A stretch of 64,000 bases of DNA from an uncultured Acidobacteriota bacterium (GTDB taxonomy: Bacteria; Acidobacteriota; Thermoanaerobaculia; Multivoradales; JAHEKO01). The translations under genes and the position numbers were made by a program. The stretch lies in the NCBI GenBank assembly GCA_963713825.1, contig CAVQNG010000005.1:480001-544000 (forward strand), written 5' to 3'. This document shows positions 48,073-56,944 of this stretch, in pieces. Position 1 is the first letter of the stretch. Every line of letters starts with the position of its first letter. The notes under the pieces are model-generated. The model saw only the letters and a program-made list of their open reading frames with translations. It was not told the DNA's origin and did no database searches.

Positions 48073-49476
48073 CTAGTCGCCCGTCAACGCCAGCCAAAAC
48101 GGTGCTGCATCCACAGCGGTGCGTGTCTTGGTGCTCTTGCCTACGACCTCGATGGAGCGGACTTCTCGGAGCTCGGCCAGGACGACGAAGAGGGCGTTCT
48201 GTTCCCCATCGAAGGACAGGAAACTCGGCGTTGCATCGACCGAAATCGAGTCGATCGGCAGCAGGGAAAAGGGATCGAAGATCTCGATCTCGCCAGAACC
48301 CTGGCGACTCAGATAGAGGTAGTCGGTTTGGGGGTTGACCTTCAGAGCTGTCACCCGCGGCCCGACGTAGACCTTGTTTCTGACGACCAGGGTCTCCGGG
48401 TCGACCACGGAGACATAGGGCGAGTGCCGATGGGCGACATAGAGTGAGCCCCCGAGTCGGTCGAGTTGGCCCCAGAAGGGGCCGGGATCGGTGGCGATGG
48501 TGCCGACCAGCGATCGCCGGCTGACATCGATGGCTGTAATGGTGGCGGACCCGGTATTGAAGACGTAGGCTCGCTGTCCGGCGCCATCCATCAGGACGGC
48601 CTCGGGCTGGTCGCCGACCGTGATGCGGTCGGTTTCGACCATGGAGAGCGGATCGATGAAGCTCAGGGTGCGTGAACCGTGATCGGCAGCTAGGAGGGTG
48701 GCTCCGTCGGGGGTGAGGGCCAGGCCCACAGGCTGATCCCCGCCGCGCAGTCGCAGCGTGCTGAGTGAGCGGAACTCCAGCAGCCCGATCTCGAGGACAG
48801 TGTCGTCGCCTGGTAAGGCGACATAGGCTCGGCTTCGTCTCGAGTCCAGGGCGATCGCAGACGGCTCTCTACCGGTAGGAATGACGCCGACCACCCTGCC
48901 AGAGACCTTGTCGAACAGGGTGACGGTGTTGGCCTCGCGATTCGAGACGAGGGCCAGCAGGCCGCTCGCGGGTCGGGGCGGGGTCTGGCTTCGGAAGACT
49001 GGAGTGAAGAGGTCGGTCCCCCTGACCGAGGCCCGCGGGTCGAGTGTCAGGCTGAGGACCGTTGCCTGCTTTCTGTCCACTCGAAAAGGCACTGTAATGG
49101 AAATGGGCTCCGAGGGTGGCGGCAGTGCGATCTTCTCGCCCTGAGATTCGAGGCTGGCGGCCCCGATCGTCATGCTCAGGCCACTGTACTGGCCCGGGGG
49201 GAGCACGGAAGAGGAGAGGGCACGCTGCCGGAGCTGCTCCGCCCCACGAATCTCCCGGAGGAAGATCGGCAGCGTGAAGGTCTCACCAGCGGCATTTCTG
49301 GCCTCGAGCTCGAGGATCCGGAAGTCCAGTTGAGTGGCTTCGGCAACAAAAGGCTCCAGATACAGGTACAGGGCTCCATCGACTTCGAGCGGCCGCGGGG
49401 CAGCCCCGAGCTCAGGGCTGGCGACAGCGCTGAACACAAGACAAACGAGCACTACCGAAATGACTTTGTGACGCAT
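48073..49476 (-). CDS. YncE/YVTN beta-propeller protein with an N-terminal beta-sandwich domain
   Basis: Signal peptide; VSNREANTVTLFD, IPTGREP, ITVGDQP, AYVFNTGSATIT. Confidence 0.8.
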   Translation of the reverse strand: MRHKVISVVLVCLVFSAVASPELGAAPRPLEVDGALYLYLEPFVAEATQLDFRILELEARNAAGETFTLPIFLREIRGAEQLRQRALSSSVLPPGQYSGLSMTIGAASLESQGEKIALPPPSEPISITVPFRVDRKQATVLSLTLDPRASVRGTDLFTPVFRSQTPPRPASGLLALVSNREANTVTLFDKVSGRVVGVIPTGREPSAIALDSRRSRAYVALPGDDTVLEIGLLEFRSLSTLRLRGGDQPVGLALTPDGATLLAADHGSRTLSFIDPLSMVETDRITVGDQPEAVLMDGAGQRAYVFNTGSATITAIDVSRRSLVGTIATDPGPFWGQLDRLGGSLYVAHRHSPYVSVVDPETLVVRNKVYVGPRVTALKVNPQTDYLYLSRQGSGEIEIFDPFSLLPIDSISVDATPSFLSFDGEQNALFVVLAELREVRSIEVVGKSTKTRTAVDAAPFWLALTGD

Positions 49477-49513
49477 CGTCGAATGTTGCTGGTAGGCCCT
49501 TCGAAAAGGCCCA

Positions 49514-50506
49514 CTACCTCTCCTCGGAAAGTTGATCGGCGGGGGTTGGGTCCATCGGAGTCAGACGAAAGACCGCGACGCCCTGGCCCCGGGCTTGGGT
49601 GACGTAGAACTTTCCCTCTTCTCCCATGACGAGGTCTGTAGGGCGGGCCAACAGACGGTCCCTCGCCTTGGAGAATTCGGTCAGGAACCGCAGGGTCTTG
49701 TCGAACACCATCACGACATTGCGGAGCTTGTCGGCGATCAGGATATTGCCGTGGTCGTCGGCGATGATGCCGGAGACAATGCCGAACTTGCCGGGCGCTG
49801 AGCCGGCCATGCCGAACTGTCGCAGCTCACCATCAGGCGACACGACATAGGCCTTGAAATTGGTCGGGATCGTGAAGAGGATGTTCCCCGCGGGGTCGAT
49901 ATCGAGACCGAAGATCTCTTCGCTGGCCGGATCCTCGAGTTTCGCCAGTTGTGCCAGATCATGACTCTGTTGGTAGGCTCCTGATCCATCCACCGTCACC
50001 ACCTGATGTTGACTTCTGCTGGCAAGAGTTACGAGTCCATCTCGATAGAAGAGAGCGTTGGGTCCGAAGTCCTCGAGCTCTGCCGGCAGACCGGTCACTT
50101 CCAGGCGTTCGATCGGGGTGCCGCGATAGTCGCAGCGGGAGAGCCACCACTGCCTTGTCTCGTCCGGTGTCTGGAGCGCTGTTTCCATGGGCTCGTAGGT
50201 TAGAAGCAGAAGGTCGCCCGAGTCCTCGACCACGAGATCGAGGATCTGCCCCAATGCAAGATCGACTTCGAAACGATAGACCTCCATTCCGGTACTACTG
50301 AAGATCCGGACAGAGTTGCCCAGCGAGCCGTAGATTTCATCGCGTTGGCGGTCGATGTGGAGAATGACGTCGCTGTACGGGACCATACCGCTGAAATCGG
50401 AGAGGTTGTAAAGGTAGGCTACCGTGACCTCCGGAGCCCCGGACAGGGCTCCCGAGGCGGCCAGGCCGAGGCAGATTGCGAGTCGAATGGTCGTGGTGAA
50501 GCGCAT
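49514..50506 (-). CDS. Secreted NHL-type beta-propeller protein
   Basis: Start MRFTTTIRL; YLYNLSDFSG; FGMAGSAPGKF, IADKLRNVV, LARPTDL. Confidence 0.8.
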   Translation of the reverse strand: MRFTTTIRLAICLGLAASGALSGAPEVTVAYLYNLSDFSGMVPYSDVILHIDRQRDEIYGSLGNSVRIFSSTGMEVYRFEVDLALGQILDLVVEDSGDLLLLTYEPMETALQTPDETRQWWLSRCDYRGTPIERLEVTGLPAELEDFGPNALFYRDGLVTLASRSQHQVVTVDGSGAYQQSHDLAQLAKLEDPASEEIFGLDIDPAGNILFTIPTNFKAYVVSPDGELRQFGMAGSAPGKFGIVSGIIADDHGNILIADKLRNVVMVFDKTLRFLTEFSKARDRLLARPTDLVMGEEGKFYVTQARGQGVAVFRLTPMDPTPADQLSEER

Positions 50507-50648
50507 CGAGTGCCAGGCACGCCGCTGTCCAGTTCTGCACGAGCGGCGCTGCGGAACTCTACAGGAATCGGCACTCTGGCTCAATTTGGCACGACGTGCT
50601 GGAGTACCACGATCGGGCGCCGATTGGGTATGGGCTCCGAGCGAAGGC

Positions 50649-50681
50649 AAAAAGAGGGGCTGGCTTTTCAGCCAGCCCCTT
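50649..50681 (-). terminator. Rho-independent terminator after the OmcS-like gene
   Basis: On the minus strand AGGGGCTGGCT-GAAA-AGCCAGCCCCT followed by CTTTTT. Confidence 0.8.
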
Positions 50682-50723
50682 CGAGAACTCTGGTTGAGCT
50701 CTACGATCAGTGCACGTGTTCGA

Positions 50724-52016
50724 TTAGTCCTTGAGATGGCACTTGTTGCAGAGCACGCGCTGGTGTCCAGCGAACTCCTGCTGTGGCGGCCGGCCGTAGT
50801 AGGTCGCTGCCATCTGACCGACGGTGTAGCCGCGGTTGAACTGACCCTGGTTGCCGAGGCCAGCGTTGACACCCGGATAGACCGGCGTAGCTGGGTCGCC
50901 GAGGGTCAGGAACTCTGCCTCGCCGTTCCAGCGGAGGATGTACTTCCAACCGCCTGCATGGGCCCGGTGGCAGGTCATGCAATTCATGCGGTCGCCACCA
51001 GCAGGGCCGGTCAGAACAGTACCGTCGTTGTTGGCCAGCGCGGCCAGCGTAGCGATATCCGTCGTGCTGGTCGAGAACGGCACCAGCGAGGTGAAGGAAT
51101 CGGCCACGTTACCCGTCAGGTCACCGGTCTTGACATAGGCGTTGTAGTTGTTGGCTTCGTTGCCCAGAGTGTCATCGACAGGATGGACCGTGCCGCCAGG
51201 AGCGCCTGGAGTGTCGGTGTGCATGCCGGTGTGGCAGGTGGCGCACCACTTGCCCCACGACGCGAACCCTGTGGTACCGCCGTTTGCGAAGCCGTAGGCA
51301 ACGCGAGTCGGATTGGGCGACTCGTTGCGATTGTAGTCGTCAGGCACGACTGCTGCGGGGGCGCCAGGGAAAGCCGCCGGAACGCCAGAGGCCTGGTAGC
51401 CGTTAGCGCCGAGGAGACGGTAGGTGCCGACAGCAGAGCCGGCCGCAGGAATCGCACCGTAGGATCCCGAGTCCACGATCGGCGGGAAGGTCGTGCCGAT
51501 CGTCGGGAAGATGACCGTTCCGGTGGAGTCAATGCGCCCGCCACCATGCGGATCGTGGCAGCTCTGGCAACCGAGCTGGCTGGATGCCATCGTGCCGCCA
51601 GGTGCCGTTAGATTCGTCGTGTCAGCGACGTAGGCGTTGTCGGCAGCGATGATGTTGTGGCCGCGCGTTTCGCCATCGTTGGTGATCGGAGCGTAGTAGG
51701 TAGCGGTGGCGGTGAGATCCTGACGCAGCCAGCCGAAGTCACCACCCGGTGTGCGCTGGACGACGATGTCTGTGTCATTCGTCAGCTCAGCGGCCGGCGT
51801 GCTGATGTGGTAGCGGGTCGGGCCGGTATCGCCCGCGCTCTCGTGGCAGGACAGGCAGGTCGAGCTCTGGTCGGTAGCGACCAACAGGAAGCTCGCGCTC
51901 TCTGCGCTGTGCATGCTGTGGCAACCGGAGCATTCTGCGACGCCGCCATCATGGAAGGCGAGGGCGGGCGCGGCCAGGATCGCTACGGCGGCCAGTAGTA
52001 ACAGGGTTTGTTTCAT
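50724..52016 (-). CDS. omcS: OmcS-family hexaheme extracellular cytochrome (nanowire subunit homologue), 430 aa
   Basis: Signal ending ALA; mature FHDGGVAECSGCHSMH; SSTCLSCH, YHIST, TPGGDFGWL, GHNIIA, TAPGG, CQSCHDPHG, YRLLG, RVAYG, WCATCH, CMTCHRAH, terminal QRVLCNKCHLKD; 6 CxxCH. Confidence 0.9.
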   Translation of the reverse strand: MKQTLLLLAAVAILAAPALAFHDGGVAECSGCHSMHSAESASFLLVATDQSSTCLSCHESAGDTGPTRYHISTPAAELTNDTDIVVQRTPGGDFGWLRQDLTATATYYAPITNDGETRGHNIIAADNAYVADTTNLTAPGGTMASSQLGCQSCHDPHGGGRIDSTGTVIFPTIGTTFPPIVDSGSYGAIPAAGSAVGTYRLLGANGYQASGVPAAFPGAPAAVVPDDYNRNESPNPTRVAYGFANGGTTGFASWGKWCATCHTGMHTDTPGAPGGTVHPVDDTLGNEANNYNAYVKTGDLTGNVADSFTSLVPFSTSTTDIATLAALANNDGTVLTGPAGGDRMNCMTCHRAHAGGWKYILRWNGEAEFLTLGDPATPVYPGVNAGLGNQGQFNRGYTVGQMAATYYGRPPQQEFAGHQRVLCNKCHLKD

Positions 52017-52094
52017 TTCGCTTCTCCTTTGTTGATTAACCGTTCTATAACGGTTGGTTTGTGTAGTTGCAATTCCCATTCGAGGGTCTATACA

Positions 52095-52109
52095 GCAAGG
52101 GGCGTGCCA
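52095..52109 (-). promoter_or_regulatory. Sigma54 (-24/-12) promoter of the omcS-like gene
   Basis: TGGCACG-CCCC-TTGC matches consensus TGGCACG-N4-TTGC, ~80 bp upstream of the ATG. Confidence 0.8.
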
Positions 52110-52292
52110 GGTCGAGGCGCGCAGGGCAGCAGAAGGGCCTCTTGGACAGATAGATAGCTGTGCATGGAAATAAAGTCCCCAATTCCTTCGACTTAGGTCG
52201 CCAAGGCTCTCGATGCCACGCGAGTAGGATCTTGGTGGCGGTGGATTCTGCAGTCGTCTACGGCGGTAAGAGTACGGTCGTCGGGTTCCCTG

Positions 52293-52341
52293 GTGGGGAA
52301 TATTCCCCACTTTGGGGCTGACATTGTGAAATTTTTCACAA
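52293..52341. promoter_or_regulatory. Two 18-bp palindromes: candidate enhancer sites; the second matches the Rex consensus
   Basis: GTGGGGAATATTCCCCAC (52293-52310) and TTGTGAAATTTTTCACAA (52324-52341), centres 31 bp apart. Confidence 0.6.
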
Positions 52342-52438
52342 GCACTGAAGTGAGGACTAGGGCCCAAATAGGGAGGATGCGGATTCGAGTCCGACCGGGT
52401 CAGCCGGGCCCAGAAGGATCGGATCAGAAGAGTTCGAC

Positions 52439-52834
52439 TCAAGCTTGAGGCGGTTTGTCGCTGTTGGCCTGGTGCTCGCTGCAGCGCACGAGTAGCTCGA
52501 GCTGTTCTCGAAGATCGGAGGTATGGTAGGGCTTCTCGATGAAAAAACAGGAGTGATTCAAGGGCCCCAGGCCGGCCTCCTCGGCGCTGCGGAAGACGCA
52601 GGATTCAAACAGCACGGGTATTTTTGGCGAGTGGCCCTGGCAGACGTCCTGGAACTGTCTCCAGGGTAGCCCGTCGGGGCCGATGTTGGCGATCACGGCT
52701 TCGGGAGGTCTGCTTTCGAGCGCCTTCAGTGCGGCGTCGAAGGTCGCGACTTCCTCCAACTCGATCTTCCCATCCAGAATTCTCTGAATCAGGGAAACCA
52801 GAAGATGGCTACCATCCAGAACGAGGAATCGCAT
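52439..52834 (-). CDS. Stand-alone atypical (pseudo)receiver domain protein
   Basis: MRFLVLDG..PEAVIANI..IPVLFES..FIEKPY; Asn at the phospho-Asp position. Confidence 0.7.
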   Translation of the reverse strand: MRFLVLDGSHLLVSLIQRILDGKIELEEVATFDAALKALESRPPEAVIANIGPDGLPWRQFQDVCQGHSPKIPVLFESCVFRSAEEAGLGPLNHSCFFIEKPYHTSDLREQLELLVRCSEHQANSDKPPQA

Positions 52835-52873
52835 AACTCCCTCCCGTGGCGCTAGAGACCTATTGATACTCGT

Positions 52874-52888
52874 GCAAATATCGTTCCA
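52874..52888 (-). promoter_or_regulatory. Second candidate sigma54 promoter
   Basis: TGGAACG-ATAT-TTGC, 40 bp upstream of the 52834 start. Confidence 0.6.
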
Positions 52889-53073
52889 AGGGCTTAGGAA
52901 GCGATGTGGGTGGGCGCAACCCATTGTGACCCTCGTTGAGGGAGCGCTGACTGAGGGATGGAACGCGCGTCAAGAGGGTCTCTGGTTCGGGCAATGGGCC
53001 GAGCCCGGTACCAGGAGTGCTCATTCCCTTGTCGAGCGTGAGCTCGAATACCTCTTTCCGCGGTGGACTGAGG

Positions 53074-53718
53074 TCAGGGTATCTGCGGGGACCAGTTGGA
53101 GGTATCGCCGGTCTCGAATCCGTCCTGGAAGATCGAGTTGCTCGTTGGGTCGAAGTCGAAGAAGACATCATCGACGATCAGCGTGCTTGCGTCGGCGATA
53201 TCTGTTTCGACCTGCAGCTGGAGATTTACGGTCTGGCCGGCATAGGGAGCGATGTCGACAGTGCGAAGGGTCCAGATCGATGTGTTGATCCCCGCGTGCA
53301 ATTGGAACTCGTCGACCTCGACGCCGTTGACAAGCAGCCGCGCGAAGTCGAATCCCAGGTGGGAATCCACGGAACCAACCTGGAACCAATACTTGAGGCT
53401 CGGTGAGCCGGCAGGGACCATGATGCTCTGCTCGATGGAAGCAAGTTCGTTGTTGGCGATCCCGAGAACGGCCCCCCAGTTGCCGCTGTGGGCTGTGATG
53501 GACAGCGTTCTGAGGTCTCGGATCAGGTCCAGTCCCTGGACTGAAGACTCGGTCCAGACCTTGGCGCCCTGCTCGAAGTTCCCGTTGGGGAGGGGCTGGG
53601 TGTCGTTGGGAGTTATGGTGCTGCCACTGTTGACCCTCTGGCCTGGTCGGAACGACCCGGGCTCGCGAGGCTTGCGACAGTGGCCAGAATGATGGCCGCG
53701 ACGGCGATCCATGTCCAA
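53074..53718 (-). CDS. Beta-sandwich surface-protein domain ending in IFQDGFETGDTSNWS; no signal peptide, possibly a fragment
   Basis: LPNGNFEQG..W..AHSGNWGAVLG..LIVDDV, then the C-terminal IFxDGFE motif. Confidence 0.55.
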   Translation of the reverse strand: MDMDRRRGHHSGHCRKPREPGSFRPGQRVNSGSTITPNDTQPLPNGNFEQGAKVWTESSVQGLDLIRDLRTLSITAHSGNWGAVLGIANNELASIEQSIMVPAGSPSLKYWFQVGSVDSHLGFDFARLLVNGVEVDEFQLHAGINTSIWTLRTVDIAPYAGQTVNLQLQVETDIADASTLIVDDVFFDFDPTSNSIFQDGFETGDTSNWSPQIP

Positions 53719-53859
53719 GGGCGTCTATTCATCGTTCGGGTCTCCATCGGAGCCGATCCTCTACCAGCGGGAGCAGTCTATGTGGTCTCTAGCAGATCTT
53801 TCGAGGATGGGCCAATACCCTCGGGGGTGGATTCCGCCCACCCGATCAGGTAGGTGGAG

Positions 53860-55226
53860 CTAGCTGCCGAGATCGAATTTCTTGAGGCGGTAGCGGAGCT
53901 GGTCGCGGGTGACGCCCAAGAGCTCGGCGGCGCGGGTCTGGTTGTCGCCGGTGGCGGCCATGGCGCGGGTGACGAGTTGGCGCTCCATCTCTTCGAGGGG
54001 GACGATCGGGGCTTCCGACGCCTGCGACATGCTGCCGCCGGCGCCGGTCGGGTCCATGCCCAGCTCGTTGAGAACCAGAGCTGACGGCTCGATCCAGGGC
54101 GATTTCTCGAGGATCATGGCGCGCTCGACGACATTGCGCAGCTCCCGAACGTTGCCAGGCCAGGAGTAGGAGAGGAGGAGGTTCTCGGACTCGCGGCTGA
54201 AGCCCTTGAATTTGCGGCCCATCTTGGGCTGGAGAGTCTCCAGGAAGTGATTGGCGAGGGGCAGGATGTCCTCCGGCCTCTCGCGCAGAGGTGGCACCCG
54301 GATAGGGAAGATGCTCAGGCGGTAGAAGAGGTCCTGCCGGAAGGTGCCCTCTCGGACCATGGAGGCCAGGTCCCGGTTGGTCAGGCCGATGACTCGCACG
54401 TCGACCTGGATCTCCCGAGAGCCACCGACCCGGCGCAGCCTCCTTTCTTCGAGCACGTGCAGCAGCTTGGCCTGGAGCTCCAGCTTGAGCTCGCCGATCT
54501 CGTCGAGGACGACGGTGCCGCCATCGACCAGCTCGAAGGCGCCCTTGCGGGTCTCCTTGGCGTCGGTGAAGGCGCCGCGCTCGTGGCCAAGGAGCTCGCT
54601 TTCGATGAGGGTGTCGGGCAGCGCCGCGCAGCTGATCTCGAGGATCTGCTTCTTGTGGCGATGGGCGAGAGCGTGGATATAGCCGGGCGAGGACGTTCTT
54701 GCCGGTGCCGCTCTCCCCTTCGATCAGAATGGTGTCGATGTCGGATCGGGCGACCTCGTTGACGACCTCGAGGACGCGGTTGCAGGCATCGGATTCCGAC
54801 ACGATGTCGACTTGGATCTCGCGCTCCCGGGTCTGGCGGGCCGCCTGGACCTCCAAGTGCTCGCTGCGGATGGTCAGGGACTTCTCGATGAGCTTCACCA
54901 GATCGGCCTGGTCCACGGGCTTGCCCAGGAAGTCGATGGCGCCGAGCTTCATGGCGCGGACGGCTTCTTCGATCTGGCCGACCGCTGTCATGACGATGAC
55001 TACCGTGTCCTCGAGGCGGCGGAGATTGCGCTCGAAGAAGTCGAGGCCGTTGCCGTCGGGCAGGGAGATGTCCAGCAGTAGGACGTCGGGTTGGTGGTCG
55101 TCGAGGTGCTCCCTCGCAGTGGCCAGGTTTTCGGGCATCGTGGACGTCGTGGCCGACGCGCTTGAGCTGCTCGGTCAGGGCCCAGCGCAGGAGCTTCTCG
55201 TCTTCGACAATCAGGATCAGGGCCAT
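53860..55226 (-). CDS. NtrC-family sigma54 activator (receiver-AAA+-HTH) with two +1 frameshifts (~55135, ~54680)
   Basis: MALILIVEDE (frame 1), LLLDISLPDG and GESGTGK (frame 2), ESELLGHERGAFTDA, LDEIGE, FRQDLFYRL, WPGNVRELRN, NQTRAAELLG (frame 3); about 454 aa if joined. Confidence 0.85.
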
Positions 55227-55260
55227 TGCAGTCTAGCTTTCGGGTTCTTCGTTCGGGGAT

Positions 55261-56913
55261 TCAGGCTCTTCGGCCACTCGGGGGCGGCTCCTCAGTCTCT
55301 TCCCCAGGGAGAATCAGATAGAAGTTCGTGCCCCTGCCGACCTCGGAATCGACCTGCAGCGTACCACCGTGCTGCTCGACCAGGCTGCGGGCGATGGCCA
55401 GCCCGAGGCCTGTCCCTGAGAACTTGGTGGAGAAGAAGGGCTCGAAGACACGCTTGAGTTGTTCGGGTGGGATGCCGGGGCCGTCGTCTTGCACCGCCAG
55501 CACGATGCCGCCGCCTTCTGGGAAGTCGCTGGCACGAACCGTGACGGTCCCGCCGTCCTCCATGGCTTCGGCGGCATTCTGGATGAGGTTGAGGAGGACC
55601 TGCCGAATCTTCGAGCCGTCGACCTGGGCCTCCAGGGGGCCGTTCGTTAGATCCAGCTCGAGTGCGACATTCTGCCGCCTCAGGCCTGGGGCCATGAGGA
55701 TTCGAACCTCGTCGAGGAGCTTGTTGAGGTCTGTGGTCGCCAGGCGAGCGGGCCCAGGGCGTGCCGAGCCCAGCAGGCTGCGCAGCGTTCCATTGACCCG
55801 CTTCAGCTCGCTGAGCATTTCGTCGAAGAGCTCTTTGTTAGATTCGCTCTCCGACGGGTCTTCCCGGAGGATCTCCAGAGCGCCTTGAATACCGGCCAGC
55901 GGGTTCTTGATCTCATGCGCCAGGCCCGCCGCCAGGCGACCGAGGCTCGCCAGCTGGTCGGTGTGGGCCAGCTTGGTGGCGACCTCGGCTTGCCGTTGCC
56001 GCTGCCGACGCAGGAACTGCTGCAGCGACTTTTGTAGCTCAGCGGAGTGCGGGTCGAGAACCAGCCTGTGGGCACCGGATGCGGGTCCCTCTCCCGACTC
56101 GGCGGCGGCCAGCTCCTCTTCGAACTTACTGGAAAAGCGTTGCACGGATCGGCGAACTAGAGCGTTGATCCCACCCAGGGCGGCGGCCCAGGCTAGGATC
56201 AGGAGAGCGAGATTGCGGCGGGAGTGGTTCCGTACATCTCTGAGAGATTTCGTGACATCCATGCTCATCGAAGCGACGGCCAGGGTCTCGCCGGCGGCGT
56301 GGCAGCGTACACACTCTTCGGTTGCGATGACCTTACTTAGCCCGCGGATCAGCTCCTTACCATCTTCCTCACTTAGCCAGACCCGCTCCAACTGAGGGCT
56401 CGGTAGGAGGCTCAGAATCGCGTCACGCTCCTGCTCGGTGACCAGTGGGTCCGAGCCGATAGACCTTCCATCGGGGAGGAGCAGTCTGAGCCCGACGACA
56501 TAGTGCTCAGCCAGAACTGCTTCGAACATGTGGCGCAGCGTGCCGGAGCCAGTGTGGGCTACTGCGATCTGATTCAACTGCCGAGTAGCAGCACTCAGTC
56601 TTTGCTGTGCTGACTCACGTGCGAGCCCCGCAACCTCGATTTCCGTGATGCGGGCCGTCGCGATGTAGAGAACCCAGAAGGCGAAAACATGCAGAGGTAG
56701 GGTGACCAGCCAAAAGCGGCCTCGGCGGGCCATGAAGGTTCGGAATCGGGCCCGCTTGCCCGGCTTGGGCAAGATCTCTTCTGTGTGATCGGAGATATCG
56801 ATCTCAGGGATCTCGCCGCCGGCTGCACCGGCTTCGGAGACTCCGGACTCGGCCCCGGGCACCCCGGATTCGACTTTTCGGTCGACGGGTCCCTCTGGTT
56901 CCTGAGAGGTCAT
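55261..56913 (-). CDS. Sensor histidine kinase with a periplasmic CxxCH
   Basis: Two TM helices, ECVRCH, AHEIKNPL, DDGPGI, FFSTK, GTGLGL; start uncertain. Confidence 0.9.
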   Translation of the reverse strand: MTSQEPEGPVDRKVESGVPGAESGVSEAGAAGGEIPEIDISDHTEEILPKPGKRARFRTFMARRGRFWLVTLPLHVFAFWVLYIATARITEIEVAGLARESAQQRLSAATRQLNQIAVAHTGSGTLRHMFEAVLAEHYVVGLRLLLPDGRSIGSDPLVTEQERDAILSLLPSPQLERVWLSEEDGKELIRGLSKVIATEECVRCHAAGETLAVASMSMDVTKSLRDVRNHSRRNLALLILAWAAALGGINALVRRSVQRFSSKFEEELAAAESGEGPASGAHRLVLDPHSAELQKSLQQFLRRQRQRQAEVATKLAHTDQLASLGRLAAGLAHEIKNPLAGIQGALEILREDPSESESNKELFDEMLSELKRVNGTLRSLLGSARPGPARLATTDLNKLLDEVRILMAPGLRRQNVALELDLTNGPLEAQVDGSKIRQVLLNLIQNAAEAMEDGGTVTVRASDFPEGGGIVLAVQDDGPGIPPEQLKRVFEPFFSTKFSGTGLGLAIARSLVEQHGGTLQVDSEVGRGTNFYLILPGEETEEPPPSGRRA

Positions 56914-56944
56914 GCCGCTGCTTCCAGTTGCCTGCGCCCTTTCC

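Noticed and set aside
50586-50602. Sigma54 promoter TTGGCACGACGTGC
   Set aside because: GG-to-GC spacing is 8 rather than 10 nt, and it faces away from the adjacent minus-strand gene
52017-52094. GEMM / cyclic-dinucleotide riboswitch upstream of omcS
   Set aside because: The leader after the sigma54 promoter is only ~65 nt and lacks the recognisable two-hairpin GEMM consensus
50724-52442. 572-aa ORF as listed in the track
   Set aside because: The N-terminal 142 residues cover promoter DNA; the real start is ATG 52016 with an AAGGAG RBS and signal peptide
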